64,000 nucleotides of DNA from Escherichia coli (GTDB taxonomy: Bacteria; Pseudomonadota; Gammaproteobacteria; Enterobacterales; Enterobacteriaceae), in the NCBI RefSeq assembly GCF_029227855.1, contig NZ_CP074356.1, one strand, 5' to 3'. The notes under the pieces were generated by a model. That model was given only the letters and a program-made list of their open reading frames with translations. It was not told the DNA's origin and made no database searches. The translations under genes and the position numbers were made by a program. This document shows positions 23,975-43,136 of the stretch, one piece after another (the stretch's first letter is position 1; every line of letters begins with the position of its first letter).

Positions 23975-24964
23975 ATGCACAAATTTACTAAAGCCCTGGC
24001 AGCCATTGGTCTGGCAGCCGTTATGTCACAATCCGCTATGGCGGAGAACCTGAAGCTCGGTTTCCTGGTGAAGCAACCGGAAGAGCCGTGGTTCCAGACC
24101 GAATGGAAGTTTGCCGATAAAGCTGGGAAGGATTTAGGGTTTGAGGTTATTAAGATTGCCGTGCCGGATGGCGAAAAAACATTGAACGCGATCGATAGCC
24201 TGGCCGCCAGTGGCGCAAAAGGTTTCGTTATTTGTACTCCGGACCCCAAACTCGGCTCTGCCATCGTCGCGAAAGCGCGTGGCTACGATATGAAAGTCAT
24301 TGCCGTGGATGACCAGTTTGTTAACGCCAAAGGTAAGCCAATGGATACCGTTCCTCTGGTGATGATGGCGGCGACTAAAATTGGCGAACGTCAGGGCCAG
24401 GAACTGTATAAAGAGATGCAGAAACGTGGCTGGGATGTCAAAGAAAGCGCGGTGATGGCGATTACCGCCAACGAACTGGATACCGCCCGCCGCCGTACAA
24501 CGGGTTCTATGGACGCACTGAAAGCGGCCGGATTCCCGGAAAAACAAATTTATCAGGTACCTACCAAATCTAACGACATCCCGGGGGCATTTGACGCTGC
24601 CAACTCAATGCTGGTTCAACATCCGGAAGTTAAACATTGGCTGATCGTCGGTATGAATGACAGCACCGTGCTGGGCGGCGTACGTGCGACGGAAGGTCAG
24701 GGCTTTAAAGCGGCCGATATCATCGGTATCGGTATTAACGGTGTGGATGCGGTGAGCGAACTGTCTAAGGCACAGGCAACCGGCTTCTACGGTTCCCTGC
24801 TGCCAAGCCCGGACGTACATGGCTATAAATCCAGCGAAATGCTTTACAACTGGGTAGCAAAAGACGTTGAACCGCCAAAATTTACCGAAGTTACCGACGT
24901 GGTACTGATCACGCGTGACAACTTTAAAGAAGAACTGGAGAAAAAAGGTTTAGGCGGTAAGTAA
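23975..24964 (+). CDS. araF: L-arabinose-binding periplasmic protein
   Basis: 329-aa ORF with signal peptide. Confidence 0.9.
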   Translation: MHKFTKALAAIGLAAVMSQSAMAENLKLGFLVKQPEEPWFQTEWKFADKAGKDLGFEVIKIAVPDGEKTLNAIDSLAASGAKGFVICTPDPKLGSAIVAKARGYDMKVIAVDDQFVNAKGKPMDTVPLVMMAATKIGERQGQELYKEMQKRGWDVKESAVMAITANELDTARRRTTGSMDALKAAGFPEKQIYQVPTKSNDIPGAFDAANSMLVQHPEVKHWLIVGMNDSTVLGGVRATEGQGFKAADIIGIGINGVDAVSELSKAQATGFYGSLLPSPDVHGYKSSEMLYNWVAKDVEPPKFTEVTDVVLITRDNFKEELEKKGLGGK

Positions 24965-25033
24965 TTTGCCGGAAAAATTCCCCTCTGCATGATGCAGAGG
25001 GGGTGTGAACGACCAGTGATTCACGGAGACGTT

Positions 25034-26548
25034 ATGCAACAGTCTACCCCGTATCTCTCATTTCGCGGCATCGGTAAAACATTTCCCGGCGTTAAGGCGC
25101 TGACGGATATTAGTTTTGATTGCTATGCCGGTCAGGTTCATGCGTTGATGGGTGAAAATGGCGCAGGAAAATCAACTCTCTTAAAAATCCTCAGCGGCAA
25201 CTATGCGCCAACCACGGGTTCTGTAGTGATTAATGGGCAGGAAATGTCCTTTTCCGACACGACCGCAGCACTTAACGCGGGGGTGGCGATTATTTACCAG
25301 GAACTGCATCTCGTGCCGGAAATGACCGTCGCGGAAAACATCTATCTCGGCCAGCTGCCGCATAAAGGCGGCATTGTGAATCGCTCATTGCTGAATTATG
25401 AGGCGGGTTTACAACTTAAACATCTTGGTATGGATATTGACCCGGACACGCCGCTGAAATATCTCTCCATTGGTCAGTGGCAGATGGTTGAAATTGCCAA
25501 AGCCCTGGCGCGTAATGCCAAAATTATCGCCTTTGATGAGCCAACCAGCTCCCTCTCTGCCCGTGAAATCGACAATCTTTTCCGCGTTATTCGTGAACTG
25601 CGAAAAGAGGGGCGGGTGATCTTATACGTTTCTCACCGTATGGAAGAAATATTTGCCCTCAGCGATGCCATCACCGTCTTTAAAGATGGGCGTTATGTCA
25701 AAACCTTTACTGATATGCAGCAGGTTGACCACGACGCCCTGGTGCAGGCGATGGTCGGGCGCGACATCGGTGATATCTACGGCTGGCAACCGCGTAGTTA
25801 TGGCGAGGAGCGCCTGCGTCTTGATGCTGTGAAAGCACCAGGCGTGCGTACGCCAATAAGTCTGGCGGTTCGCAGTGGAGAAATTGTCGGTCTGTTTGGT
25901 CTGGTCGGGGCAGGGCGTAGCGAATTAATGAAAGGCATGTTTGGCGGTACGCAAATTACCGCCGGTCAGGTTTATATCGACCAACAGCCGATCGATATTC
26001 GTAAACCGAGCCACGCCATTGCCGCAGGCATGATGCTCTGCCCGGAAGATCGCAAAGCCGAAGGCATTATTCCTGTGCACTCCGTTCGCGACAATATCAA
26101 CATCAGTGCCAGACGTAAACATGTGCTCGGCGGTTGTGTAATCAACAACGGTTGGGAAGAAAACAATGCCGATCACCACATTCGTTCGCTCAACATCAAA
26201 ACGCCGGGCGCGGAGCAACTGATCATGAATCTCTCAGGCGGAAATCAGCAAAAAGCCATTCTGGGCCGCTGGTTATCGGAAGAGATGAAGGTCATTTTGC
26301 TGGATGAACCTACGCGCGGCATTGATGTTGGCGCTAAGCACGAAATATATAACGTAATTTATGCGCTGGCGGCGCAGGGTGTGGCGGTGCTGTTTGCCTC
26401 CAGCGACTTACCTGAAGTCCTCGGCGTTGCCGACCGGATTGTGGTGATGCGGGAAGGTGAAATCGCCGGTGAATTGTTACACGAGCAGGCAGATGAGCGT
26501 CAGGCACTGAGCCTTGCGATGCCTAAAGTCAGCCAGGCTGTTGCCTGA
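25034..26548 (+). CDS. araG: Arabinose ABC transporter ATP-binding protein
   Basis: 504 aa from [12 protein letters not shown]; two ABC cassettes. Confidence 0.9.
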
Positions 26549-26562
26549 GTAAGGAGAGTATG

Positions 26563-29915
<3,353 letters not shown>

Positions 29916-29921
29916 GTGCGG

Positions 29922-30350
29922 TTAATCTCCCGTAAGTGGAACTAACAGCACATCGACCTCACTTGAGGCAATCACTCTTTTCGCCGAGCAGGATGCTCGC
30001 GAAAAGAAACTGTGATTGTGATTACCGCAAATCACCAAATCGAAATGATATTTGCGACAAACTTCCAGAATATGTTCGCTTAACTCACCGTAGGCAATAA
30101 ACGTCTTGTCAACGGGATACCCCGCATCCTGAATTAACTTATCAAGAAAGCTTTGCGTTTCTTCCTGCATCACGCTGCGTAAATCTTCAAGCATCGGCGC
30201 AGCTAATTGATTGTACATTTCCGGGTCGGACGCGAGAGTAATTAAACTGATGTGTCCCTTTACTGGCCTGGCGATAGATACCGCTTTTGCCAGCAGTTGC
30301 TGACTTTCCGGTGTAACCGCAACGGCGACAAGAATATTGCTATAGCTCAT
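29922..30350 (-). CDS. uspC: Universal stress protein C
   Basis: 142-aa UspA-family ORF convergent with otsA. Confidence 0.85.
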   Translation of the reverse strand: MSYSNILVAVAVTPESQQLLAKAVSIARPVKGHISLITLASDPEMYNQLAAPMLEDLRSVMQEETQSFLDKLIQDAGYPVDKTFIAYGELSEHILEVCRKYHFDLVICGNHNHSFFSRASCSAKRVIASSEVDVLLVPLTGD

Positions 30351-31130
30351 AACCTGTTCCTTATTCTGTGAACTTCAGGTGACATTAAAGCTTTACTCCT
30401 AATGGAGAAACGACGCAATCCCAACTCAGTCAAACAGGTAAATATTAGTCTGATTATTAGTAAAGACAATTAATCAATCACTCTCGGTGATCATATGATT
30501 TCAACTGTAATTATAAGAAAATAATGTACTGATTCTCCATGTTAAACAAGTGGTTAATATATGTAAAACATTTTATTAACATTAAGTTGATTGTTGCCTT
30601 TCTTTGTATTTAATTAGTTTGTTGTGCGGTAAGTATCTGTTTAAAAATAGCTTATCTGGTATTGCATTAAAGCAATTATTTATGGCAGATGATTATTTAC
30701 GGTGAGTTATTTTAACTGTGCGCAACATCCCATTTCGATTATTCCTGTTTCATTTTTGCTTGCTAGAGTCGCGAAAAACTTTTTAACAGATTGAAATACA
30801 CCCAAAACAAAAGTATGACTTATACATTTATGTTAAGTAATTGAGCGTTTTGTGTGATCTGTATCACACATTATTGAAAATCGCAGCCCCCCTCCGTTGT
30901 ATGTGAGTGTAGTGACGAGTAAAGTTGCGTCGATTTAGGAAAAATCTTAGATAAGTGTAAAAAACCCCTTCTATTTGTGAGGACTTATTAAATCCAAAAA
31001 AGGGGCTCTGCCTGTTGCAGCTTATCGCAACTATTCTAATGCTAATTATTTTTTACCGGGGCTTCCCGGCGACATCACGGGGTGCGGTGAGACCGCATAA
31101 AAATAAAGTTGGTTATTCTGGGTGGGAATA
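30351..31130 (+). promoter_or_regulatory. flhD: flhDC master-operon control region and long 5' leader
   Basis: 780-bp AT-rich intergenic region between divergent uspC and flhD; contains the CRP site; no IS element. Confidence 0.7.
30853..30868. promoter_or_regulatory. flhD: CRP binding site of the flhDC class 1 promoter
   Basis: TGTGA-tctgta-TCACA, exact match to the CRP half-sites, about 270 nt upstream of flhD ATG. Confidence 0.75.
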
Positions 31131-31481
31131 ATGCATACCTCCGAGTTGCTGAAACACATTTATGACATCAACTTGTCATATTTACTACTTGCACAGCGTC
31201 TGATTGTTCAGGACAAAGCGTCCGCAATGTTTCGTCTCGGCATAAATGAAGAAATGGCGACAACGTTAGCGGCACTGACTCTTCCGCAAATGGTTAAGCT
31301 GGCAGAAACCAATCAACTGGTTTGTCACTTTCGTTTTGACAGCCACCAGACGATTACTCAGTTGACGCAAGATTCCCGCGTTGACGATCTCCAGCAAATT
31401 CATACCGGCATCATGCTCTCAACACGCTTGCTGAATGATGTTAATCAGCCTGAAGAAGCGCTGCGCAAGAAAAGGGCCTGA
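31131..31481 (+). CDS. flhD: Flagellar master regulator FlhD
   Basis: 116 aa from [17 protein letters not shown]; track ORF starts 3 codons earlier at GTG. Confidence 0.85.
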
Positions 31482-31483
31482 TC

Positions 31484-32062
31484 ATGAGTGAAAAAAGCAT
31501 TGTTCAGGAAGCGCGGGATATTCAGCTGGCAATGGAATTGATCACCCTTGGCGCTCGTTTGCAGATGCTGGAAAGCGAAACACAGTTAAGTCGCGGACGC
31601 CTGATAAAACTCTATAAAGAACTGCGCGGAAGCCCACCGCCGAAAGGCATGCTGCCATTCTCAACCGACTGGTTTATGACCTGGGAACAAAACGTTCATG
31701 CTTCGATGTTCTGTAACGCATGGCAGTTTTTACTGAAAACCGGCTTGTGTAATGGCGTCGATGCGGTGATCAAAGCCTACCGTTTATACCTTGAACAGTG
31801 CCCGCAAGCAGAAGAAGGACCGCTGCTGGCATTAACCCGTGCCTGGACATTGGTGCGGTTTGTTGAAAGTGGATTACTGCAACTTTCCAGCTGCAACTGC
31901 TGCGGCGGCAATTTTATTACCCACGCTCACCAGCCTGTTGGCAGCTTTGCCTGCAGCTTATGTCAGCCGCCATCCCGGGCAGTAAAAAGACGTAAACTTT
32001 CCCAGAATCCTGCCGATATTATCCCACAACTGCTGGATGAACAGAGAGTACAGGCTGTTTAA
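31484..32062 (+). CDS. flhC: Flagellar master regulator FlhC
   Basis: 192-aa ORF with zinc-binding Cys cluster. Confidence 0.9.
31993..32019 (+). promoter_or_regulatory. motA: sigma28 promoter of motA-motB-cheA-cheW, embedded in the 3' end of flhC
   Basis: TAAACTTT-N11-GCCGATAT inside the flhC coding sequence. Confidence 0.65.
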
Positions 32063-32120
32063 CTGATACGGTGTGGCGCAACATTCCAGCAGCGGTAACG
32101 ACGTACCGCTGCTTTTTTTT
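32026..32120 (+). ncRNA. motR: MotR sRNA (motA 5' UTR-derived)
   Basis: Transcript from the sigma28 promoter above to the hairpin agcagcggta-acgacg-taccgctgct plus T8 gives about 95 nt, the reported MotR size; boundaries approximate. Confidence 0.5.
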
Positions 32121-32188
32121 GCCCCAATCGCGCGTTAACGCCTGACGACTGAACATCCTGTCATGGTCAACAGTGGAAGGATGATGTC

Positions 32189-33072
32189 GTGCTTATCTTA
32201 TTAGGTTACCTGGTTGTTCTCGGTACAGTTTTCGGCGGTTATTTGATGACCGGTGGAAGCCTTGGAGCACTCTATCAACCCGCTGAACTGGTGATTATTG
32301 CCGGTGCAGGGATTGGGTCGTTTATCGTCGGCAATAATGGCAAAGCGATTAAAGGCACGCTGAAGGCGCTGCCGTTGCTGTTTCGTCGCTCCAAATATAC
32401 CAAAGCAATGTATATGGATCTGCTGGCTCTGCTTTATCGGTTGATGGCGAAATCGCGGCAGATGGGGATGTTTTCGCTGGAACGTGATATTGAAAATCCC
32501 CGTGAGAGCGAGATCTTCGCCAGCTACCCACGCATCCTTGCGGATAGCGTCATGCTTGATTTTATCGTCGATTATCTGCGTCTGATTATCAGCGGTCACA
32601 TGAACACCTTCGAAATCGAAGCCCTGATGGATGAAGAGATTGAGACGCACGAAAGCGAAGCAGAAGTCCCGGCGAACAGTCTGGCGCTGGTCGGGGACTC
32701 ACTTCCGGCGTTTGGTATTGTCGCGGCTGTGATGGGGGTCGTTCACGCGTTAGGTTCAGCCGATCGTCCTGCCGCCGAGCTGGGGGCGCTTATCGCACAT
32801 GCGATGGTGGGGACTTTCCTCGGTATTTTATTGGCTTACGGATTTATTTCCCCATTAGCGAGTGTTTTACGTCAGAAAAGCGCCGAAACCAGCAAAATGA
32901 TGCAGTGCGTCAAAGTCACACTGCTTTCTAATCTGAACGGTTACGCACCGCCTATCGCCGTTGAGTTTGGTCGCAAAACGCTCTATTCCAGCGAACGTCC
33001 GTCGTTTATTGAACTGGAAGAGCATGTGCGTGCGGTGAAAAATCCGCAACAACAGACGACAACCGAGGAAGC

Positions 33073-33076
<4 letters not shown>
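32189..33076 (+). CDS. motA: Flagellar motor stator protein MotA
   Basis: 295-aa ORF, GTG start, four TM segments. Confidence 0.9.
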
Positions 33077-35968
<2,892 letters not shown>

Positions 35969-35988
35969 ATGAGTAAAAAGGTAACAAT

Positions 35989-36492
35989 ATGACCGGTATG
36001 ACGAATGTAACAAAGCTGGCCAGCGAGCCGTCAGGCCAGGAATTTCTGGTATTTACCCTTGGTGATGAAGAGTACGGTATTGATATCCTGAAAGTGCAGG
36101 AGATCCGTGGCTACGATCAGGTAACACGGATTGCGAACACGCCAGCGTTTATCAAAGGCGTCACGAATCTGCGCGGCGTTATTGTGCCGATTGTCGACTT
36201 ACGAATTAAGTTCAGCCAGGTGGATGTGGACTATAACGACAACACGGTAGTTATCGTCCTGAATCTCGGACAGCGGGTGGTCGGCATCGTGGTTGACGGC
36301 GTTTCAGACGTGCTTTCATTGACGGCGGAGCAAATTCGTCCGGCACCGGAATTTGCCGTGACGCTTTCAACAGAATATCTCACTGGACTGGGCGCACTGG
36401 GCGACCGGATGTTGATTCTGGTGAACATCGAAAAACTGCTGAACAGCGAAGAGATGGCGCTGTTAGATAGCGCGGCGTCAGAAGTGGCGTAA
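35989..36492 (+). CDS. cheW: Chemotaxis coupling protein CheW
   Basis: 167-aa ORF. Confidence 0.9.
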
Positions 36493-36520
36493 TTCTCCTG
36501 ATTTCCTCAATTGAAATGAA

Positions 36521-36549
36521 CCCGATGATCTGCGCATCGGGTTTTTTAT
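36521..36549 (+). terminator. Rho-independent terminator after cheW
   Basis: cccgatg-atctgcg-catcggg followed by TTTTTT. Confidence 0.7.
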
Positions 36550-36578
36550 TTCAATTTCGCGGCGGGTGGCATCAGCAA

Positions 36579-36605
36579 TAAAGTTTCCCCCTTCCTTGCC
36601 GATAA
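36579..36605 (+). promoter_or_regulatory. tar: sigma28 promoter of tar-tap-cheRBYZ
   Basis: TAAAGTTT-N11-GCCGATAA, perfect consensus, about 30 nt upstream of tar ATG. Confidence 0.8.
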
Positions 36606-36636
36606 CGAGATCAACTTGTTTTCAGGAAGGTGCCTT

Positions 36637-38298
36637 ATGATTAACCGTATCCGCGTAGTCACGCTGTTGGTAATGGTGCTGGGGGTATTCGCACTGTTAC
36701 AGCTTATTTCCGGCAGTCTGTTTTTTTCTTCCCTTCACCATAGCCAGAAGAGCTTTGTGGTTTCCAATCAATTACGGGAACAGCAGGGCGAGCTGACGTC
36801 AACCTGGGATTTAATGCTGCAAACGCGCATTAACCTGAGTCGTTCAGCGGTGCGGATGATGATGGATTCCTCCAATCAACAAAGTAACGCCAAAGTTGAA
36901 TTGCTCGATAGCGCCAGGAAAACATTGGCCCAGGCCGCGACTCATTATAAAAAATTCAAAAGCATGGCACCGTTACCTGAAATGGTCGCTACCAGTCGTA
37001 ATATTGATGAAAAATATAAAAACTATCACACAGCGTTAACTGAACTGATTGATTATCTTGATTATGGCAATACTGGAGCTTATTTCGCTCAGCCAACCCA
37101 GGGAATGCAAAATGCAATGGGCGAAGCGTTTGCTCAGTACGCCCTCAGCAGTGAAAAACTGTATCGCGATATCGTCACTGACAACGCAGATGATTACCGA
37201 TTTGCCCAGTGGCAACTGGCGGTTATCGCGCTGGTGGTTGTATTGATTCTGCTGGTGGCGTGGTACGGCATTCGCCGTATGTTGCTTACACCGCTGGCAA
37301 AAATTATTGCTCACATTCGCGAAATCGCCAGTGGTAACCTGGCGAATACCCTGACCATTGACGGGCGCAGTGAAATGGGCGACCTGGCGCAGAGCGTTTC
37401 ACATATGCAACGCTCTTTGACTGACACCGTCACTCATGTGCGTGAAGGTTCAGATGCCATCTATGCCGGTACCCGTGAAATTGCGGCGGGCAACACCGAT
37501 CTTTCCTCCCGTACTGAACAGCAGGCATCCGCGCTGGAAGAAACTGCCGCCAGCATGGAGCAGCTCACTGCGACAGTGAAGCAAAACGCCGATAACGCCC
37601 GCCAGGCCTCGCAACTGGCGCAAAGTGCCTCCGATACTGCCCAGCACGGCGGAAAAGTAGTGGATGGTGTAGTGAAAACGATGCATGAGATCGCCGATAG
37701 TTCGAAGAAAATTGCCGACATTATCAGCGTTATCGATGGTATTGCCTTCCAGACTAATATCCTCGCGTTGAATGCCGCTGTTGAAGCCGCGCGTGCGGGT
37801 GAACAGGGCCGTGGTTTTGCCGTGGTGGCGGGCGAAGTGCGTAATCTTGCCAGTCGCAGCGCCCAGGCGGCAAAAGAGATCAAAGCCCTCATTGAAGACT
37901 CCGTCTCGCGCGTTGATACCGGTTCGGTGCTGGTCGAAAGCGCCGGGGAAACAATGAACAATATCGTCAATGCTGTCACTCGCGTGACTGACATTATGGG
38001 CGAGATTGCATCGGCATCGGATGAACAGAGCCGTGGCATCGATCAAGTCGCATTGGCGGTTTCGGAAATGGATCGCGTCACGCAACAGAACGCATCGCTG
38101 GTGCAGGAATCAGCTGCCGCCGCAGCTGCGCTGGAAGAACAGGCCAGTCGTTTAACGCAAGCGGTTTCCGCGTTTCGTCTGGCAGCCAGCCCACTCACCA
38201 ATAAACCGCAAACACCATCCCGTCCTGCCAGTGAGCAACCACCGGCACAGCCACGACTGCGAATTACTGAACAAGATCCAAACTGGGAAACATTTTGA
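36637..38298 (+). CDS. tar: Methyl-accepting chemotaxis protein II (aspartate/maltose)
   Basis: 553 aa from [15 protein letters not shown] and MCP signalling domains; C-terminal NWETF pentapeptide. Confidence 0.9.
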   Translation: MINRIRVVTLLVMVLGVFALLQLISGSLFFSSLHHSQKSFVVSNQLREQQGELTSTWDLMLQTRINLSRSAVRMMMDSSNQQSNAKVELLDSARKTLAQAATHYKKFKSMAPLPEMVATSRNIDEKYKNYHTALTELIDYLDYGNTGAYFAQPTQGMQNAMGEAFAQYALSSEKLYRDIVTDNADDYRFAQWQLAVIALVVVLILLVAWYGIRRMLLTPLAKIIAHIREIASGNLANTLTIDGRSEMGDLAQSVSHMQRSLTDTVTHVREGSDAIYAGTREIAAGNTDLSSRTEQQASALEETAASMEQLTATVKQNADNARQASQLAQSASDTAQHGGKVVDGVVKTMHEIADSSKKIADIISVIDGIAFQTNILALNAAVEAARAGEQGRGFAVVAGEVRNLASRSAQAAKEIKALIEDSVSRVDTGSVLVESAGETMNNIVNAVTRVTDIMGEIASASDEQSRGIDQVALAVSEMDRVTQQNASLVQESAAAAAALEEQASRLTQAVSAFRLAASPLTNKPQTPSRPASEQPPAQPRLRITEQDPNWETF

Positions 38299-38343
38299 CG
38301 AGTTTTTACTAACGCGGTCATTGCCGCCTGATGGGGAGCGTTG

Positions 38344-39945
38344 ATGTTTAATCGTATTCGAATTTCGACCACGCTGTTTTTAATTTTGATTCTCTGCGGG
38401 ATCTTGCAGATTGGCAGTAACGGCATGTCTTTTTGGGCATTTCGCGACGATTTGCAACGACTGAATCAGGTCGAGCAGAGCAATCAGCAACGTGCGGCAT
38501 TAGCGCAAACTCGGGCGGTAATGTTACAGGCCAGTACCGCGCTGAACAAAGCGGGCACTCTGACGGCGCTCAGCTATCCGGCGGATGACATTAAAACGTT
38601 GATGACGACGGCGCGCGCCAGTCTGACGCAATCCACCACGCTGTTTAAAAGTTTTATGGCGATGACTGCGGGCAATGAGCACGTCAGGGCGTTGCAAAAA
38701 GAGACGGAGAAAAGTTTTGCCCGCTGGCACAACGATCTCGAACATCAGGCGACCTGGCTTGAAAGTAATCAACTTTCGGATTTCCTTACTGCGCCGGTGC
38801 AGGAATCACAGAATGCGTTTGACGTTAACTTTGAGGCCTGGCAGCTGGAGATCAACCATGTGCTGGAAGCCGCCAGTGCGCAAAGCCAGCGTAACTATCA
38901 GATTTCGGCGCTGGTGTTTATCAGCATGATTATTGTTGCGGCGATCTACATCAGCAGTGCGCTGTGGTGGACGCGCAAGATGATTGTTCAACCACTGACC
39001 ATTATCGGTAGCCATTTTGACAGCATTGCTGCGGGTAATCTGGCGCGTCCGATTGCGGTGTATGGTCGCAATGAGATCACCGCCATTTTTGCCAGCCTGA
39101 AGACCATGCAGCAGGCTTTGCGTGGGACGGTAAGTGATGTGCGTAAGGGAAGCCAGGAGATGCACATTGGTATCGCGGAGATTGTCGCAGGCAATAACGA
39201 TCTCTCAAGTCGTACCGAACAGCAGGCGGCATCGCTGGCACAAACGGCCGCCAGTATGGAGCAATTAACCGCCACAGTAGGGCAAAACGCCGATAACGCA
39301 CGACAGGCGTCGGAACTGGCAAAAAATGCCGCGACAACGGCGCAGGCGGGCGGTGTTCAGGTCAGTACCATGACTCACACCATGCAGGAGATCGCCACCA
39401 GCTCGCAAAAAATTGGCGACATTATCAGCGTTATCGACGGCATTGCTTTCCAGACCAATATTCTGGCCCTGAATGCGGCAGTGGAAGCGGCTCGCGCCGG
39501 AGAGCAGGGGCGTGGTTTTGCGGTAGTGGCAGGTGAAGTGCGCAATCTTGCCAGCCGTAGCGCCCAGGCAGCAAAAGAGATCAAAGGGCTGATCGAAGAG
39601 TCAGTCAATCGTGTCCAGCAGGGTTCGAAACTGGTGAATAACGCCGCCGCGACCATGACCGATATTGTCAGTTCGGTAACCCGCGTGAACGACATTATGG
39701 GAGAAATTGCTTCGGCGTCGGAAGAACAACGTCGGGGGATTGAGCAGGTTGCGCAGGCTGTCAGCCAGATGGATCAGGTGACACAGCAGAACGCCTCGCT
39801 GGTAGAAGAAGCGGCGGCGGCAACGGAACAACTGGCGAACCAGGCTGACCATCTTTCGTCGCGTGTGGCGGTATTTACCCTTGAAGAACATGAAGTAGCA
39901 CGACATGAGTCGGCGCAGTTACATATTGCGCCAGTGGTATCCTGA
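38344..39945 (+). CDS. tap: Methyl-accepting chemotaxis protein IV (dipeptide/pyrimidine)
   Basis: 533 aa from MFNRIRISTTLF; MCP signalling domain near-identical to tar; no NWETF. Confidence 0.9.
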   Translation: MFNRIRISTTLFLILILCGILQIGSNGMSFWAFRDDLQRLNQVEQSNQQRAALAQTRAVMLQASTALNKAGTLTALSYPADDIKTLMTTARASLTQSTTLFKSFMAMTAGNEHVRALQKETEKSFARWHNDLEHQATWLESNQLSDFLTAPVQESQNAFDVNFEAWQLEINHVLEAASAQSQRNYQISALVFISMIIVAAIYISSALWWTRKMIVQPLTIIGSHFDSIAAGNLARPIAVYGRNEITAIFASLKTMQQALRGTVSDVRKGSQEMHIGIAEIVAGNNDLSSRTEQQAASLAQTAASMEQLTATVGQNADNARQASELAKNAATTAQAGGVQVSTMTHTMQEIATSSQKIGDIISVIDGIAFQTNILALNAAVEAARAGEQGRGFAVVAGEVRNLASRSAQAAKEIKGLIEESVNRVQQGSKLVNNAAATMTDIVSSVTRVNDIMGEIASASEEQRRGIEQVAQAVSQMDQVTQQNASLVEEAAAATEQLANQADHLSSRVAVFTLEEHEVARHESAQLHIAPVVS

Positions 39946-39963
39946 AGTGATTGAGAAGGCGCT

Positions 39964-40824
39964 ATGACTTCATCTCTGCCCTGTGGGCAAACGTCTTTAT
40001 TGTTACAGATGACCGAGCGCCTGGCGCTTTCCGACGCGCATTTTCGGCGGATAAGTCAATTGATCTATCAACGAGCCGGGATCGTTCTGGCTGACCATAA
40101 ACGCGACATGGTTTACAACCGACTGGTTCGTCGTTTGCGTTCGCTGGGACTGACGGATTTCGGCCATTACTTGAACTTGCTGGAATCTAACCAGCACAGC
40201 GGTGAGTGGCAGGCGTTTATCAATTCGCTGACCACGAATCTGACGGCATTTTTCCGTGAGGCGCATCATTTTCCTCTGCTCGCGGATCACGCCCGGCGTC
40301 GTTCTGGCGAGTATCGCGTATGGAGCGCGGCGGCTTCGACCGGCGAAGAGCCGTACAGCATTGCGATGACGCTGGCTGACACATTGGGCACCGCGCCCGG
40401 ACGCTGGAAAGTGTTTGCCAGCGACATTGACACCGAAGTGCTGGAAAAAGCCAGAAGCGGTATTTATCGCCATGAAGAGTTGAAAAATCTGACGCCGCAG
40501 CAACTGCAGCGGTACTTCATGCGAGGGACGGGACCGCATCAAGGGCTGGTACGCGTGCGTCAGGAACTGGCGAATTATGTTGATTTTGCCCCGCTGAATT
40601 TACTGGCGAAACAGTACACCGTGCCGGGGCCGTTTGATGCGATCTTCTGTCGTAACGTCATGATCTACTTCGATCAAACTACCCAGCAGGAGATTTTGCG
40701 CCGCTTTGTTCCGCTCCTTAAACCCGACGGATTGCTGTTTGCGGGTCACTCTGAAAACTTTAGCCACCTTGAGCGCCGCTTCACGCTGCGCGGTCAGACG
40801 GTGTATGCGCTAAGTAAGGATTAA
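39964..40824 (+). CDS. cheR: Chemotaxis methyltransferase CheR
   Basis: 286-aa ORF, SAM-dependent methyltransferase. Confidence 0.9.
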   Translation: MTSSLPCGQTSLLLQMTERLALSDAHFRRISQLIYQRAGIVLADHKRDMVYNRLVRRLRSLGLTDFGHYLNLLESNQHSGEWQAFINSLTTNLTAFFREAHHFPLLADHARRRSGEYRVWSAAASTGEEPYSIAMTLADTLGTAPGRWKVFASDIDTEVLEKARSGIYRHEELKNLTPQQLQRYFMRGTGPHQGLVRVRQELANYVDFAPLNLLAKQYTVPGPFDAIFCRNVMIYFDQTTQQEILRRFVPLLKPDGLLFAGHSENFSHLERRFTLRGQTVYALSKD

Positions 40825-40826
40825 CG

Positions 40827-42280
<1,454 letters not shown>

Positions 42281-42290
42281 GGATGCGACT

Positions 42291-42935
42291 ATGATGCAAC
42301 CATCAATCAAACCTGCTGACGAGCATTCAGCTGGCGATATCATTGCGCGCATCGGCAGCCTGACGCGTATGCTGCGCGACAGTTTGCGGGAGCTGGGGCT
42401 GGATCAGGCCATTGCTGAAGCGGCGGAAGCCATCCCCGATGCGCGCGATCGTTTGTACTATGTTGTGCAGATGACCGCCCAGGCTGCGGAGCGGGCGCTG
42501 AACAGTGTTGAGGCGTCACAACCGCATCAGGATCAAATGGAGAAATCAGCAAAAGCGTTAACCCAACGTTGGGATGACTGGTTTGCCGATCCGATTGATC
42601 TTGCCAACGCCCGTGAACTGGTAACAGACACGCGGCAATTTCTGGCAGATGTACCCGCGCATACCAGCTTTACAAACGCGCAACTGCTGGAAATCATGAT
42701 GGCGCAGGATTTTCAGGATCTCACCGGACAGGTTATTAAGCGGATGATGGATGTCATTCAGGAGATCGAACGCCAGTTGTTGATGGTGCTGTTGGAAAAC
42801 ATCCCGGAACAGGAGTCGCGTCCAAAACGTGAAAACCAGAGTTTGCTTAATGGACCTCAGGTCGATACCAGCAAAGCCGGTGTGGTAGCCAGTCAGGATC
42901 AGGTGGACGATTTGTTGGATAGTCTTGGATTTTGA
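42291..42935 (+). CDS. cheZ: CheY-P phosphatase CheZ
   Basis: 214 aa from [13 protein letters not shown] within the track ORF. Confidence 0.9.
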   Translation: MMQPSIKPADEHSAGDIIARIGSLTRMLRDSLRELGLDQAIAEAAEAIPDARDRLYYVVQMTAQAAERALNSVEASQPHQDQMEKSAKALTQRWDDWFADPIDLANARELVTDTRQFLADVPAHTSFTNAQLLEIMMAQDFQDLTGQVIKRMMDVIQEIERQLLMVLLENIPEQESRPKRENQSLLNGPQVDTSKAGVVASQDQVDDLLDSLGF

Positions 42936-42943
42936 TTTGTATT

Positions 42944-43006
42944 GCCTGATGTGGCGTGACTACGTCATATCAGGCGGTCGGATAACGCGATGACGCTGCA
43001 TCCGAC
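42944..43006. repeat. REP-type palindromic units downstream of cheZ
   Basis: gcctgatgtggcgtgactacgtcatatcaggc and gtcggataacgcgatgacgctgcatccgac inverted repeats. Confidence 0.55.
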
Positions 43007-43136
43007 AAACGCATACTATGCTTGATGTGTGGCAGCAAAAGCCCTAAATCCCGCCTGTTTTGCCCCTTACTCAAACCATTGAACGCTTTGCGCTCTGGCA
43101 TCATTTACGCTTAATACTCTTTCCAGGATTGGCGAC

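Noticed and set aside
37461-39695. Pairs of antisense ORFs with near-identical translations in tar and tap, considered as a possible repeated mobile element
   Set aside because: They mirror the paralogous MCP signalling domains of tar and tap; there are no terminal inverted repeats or transposase.
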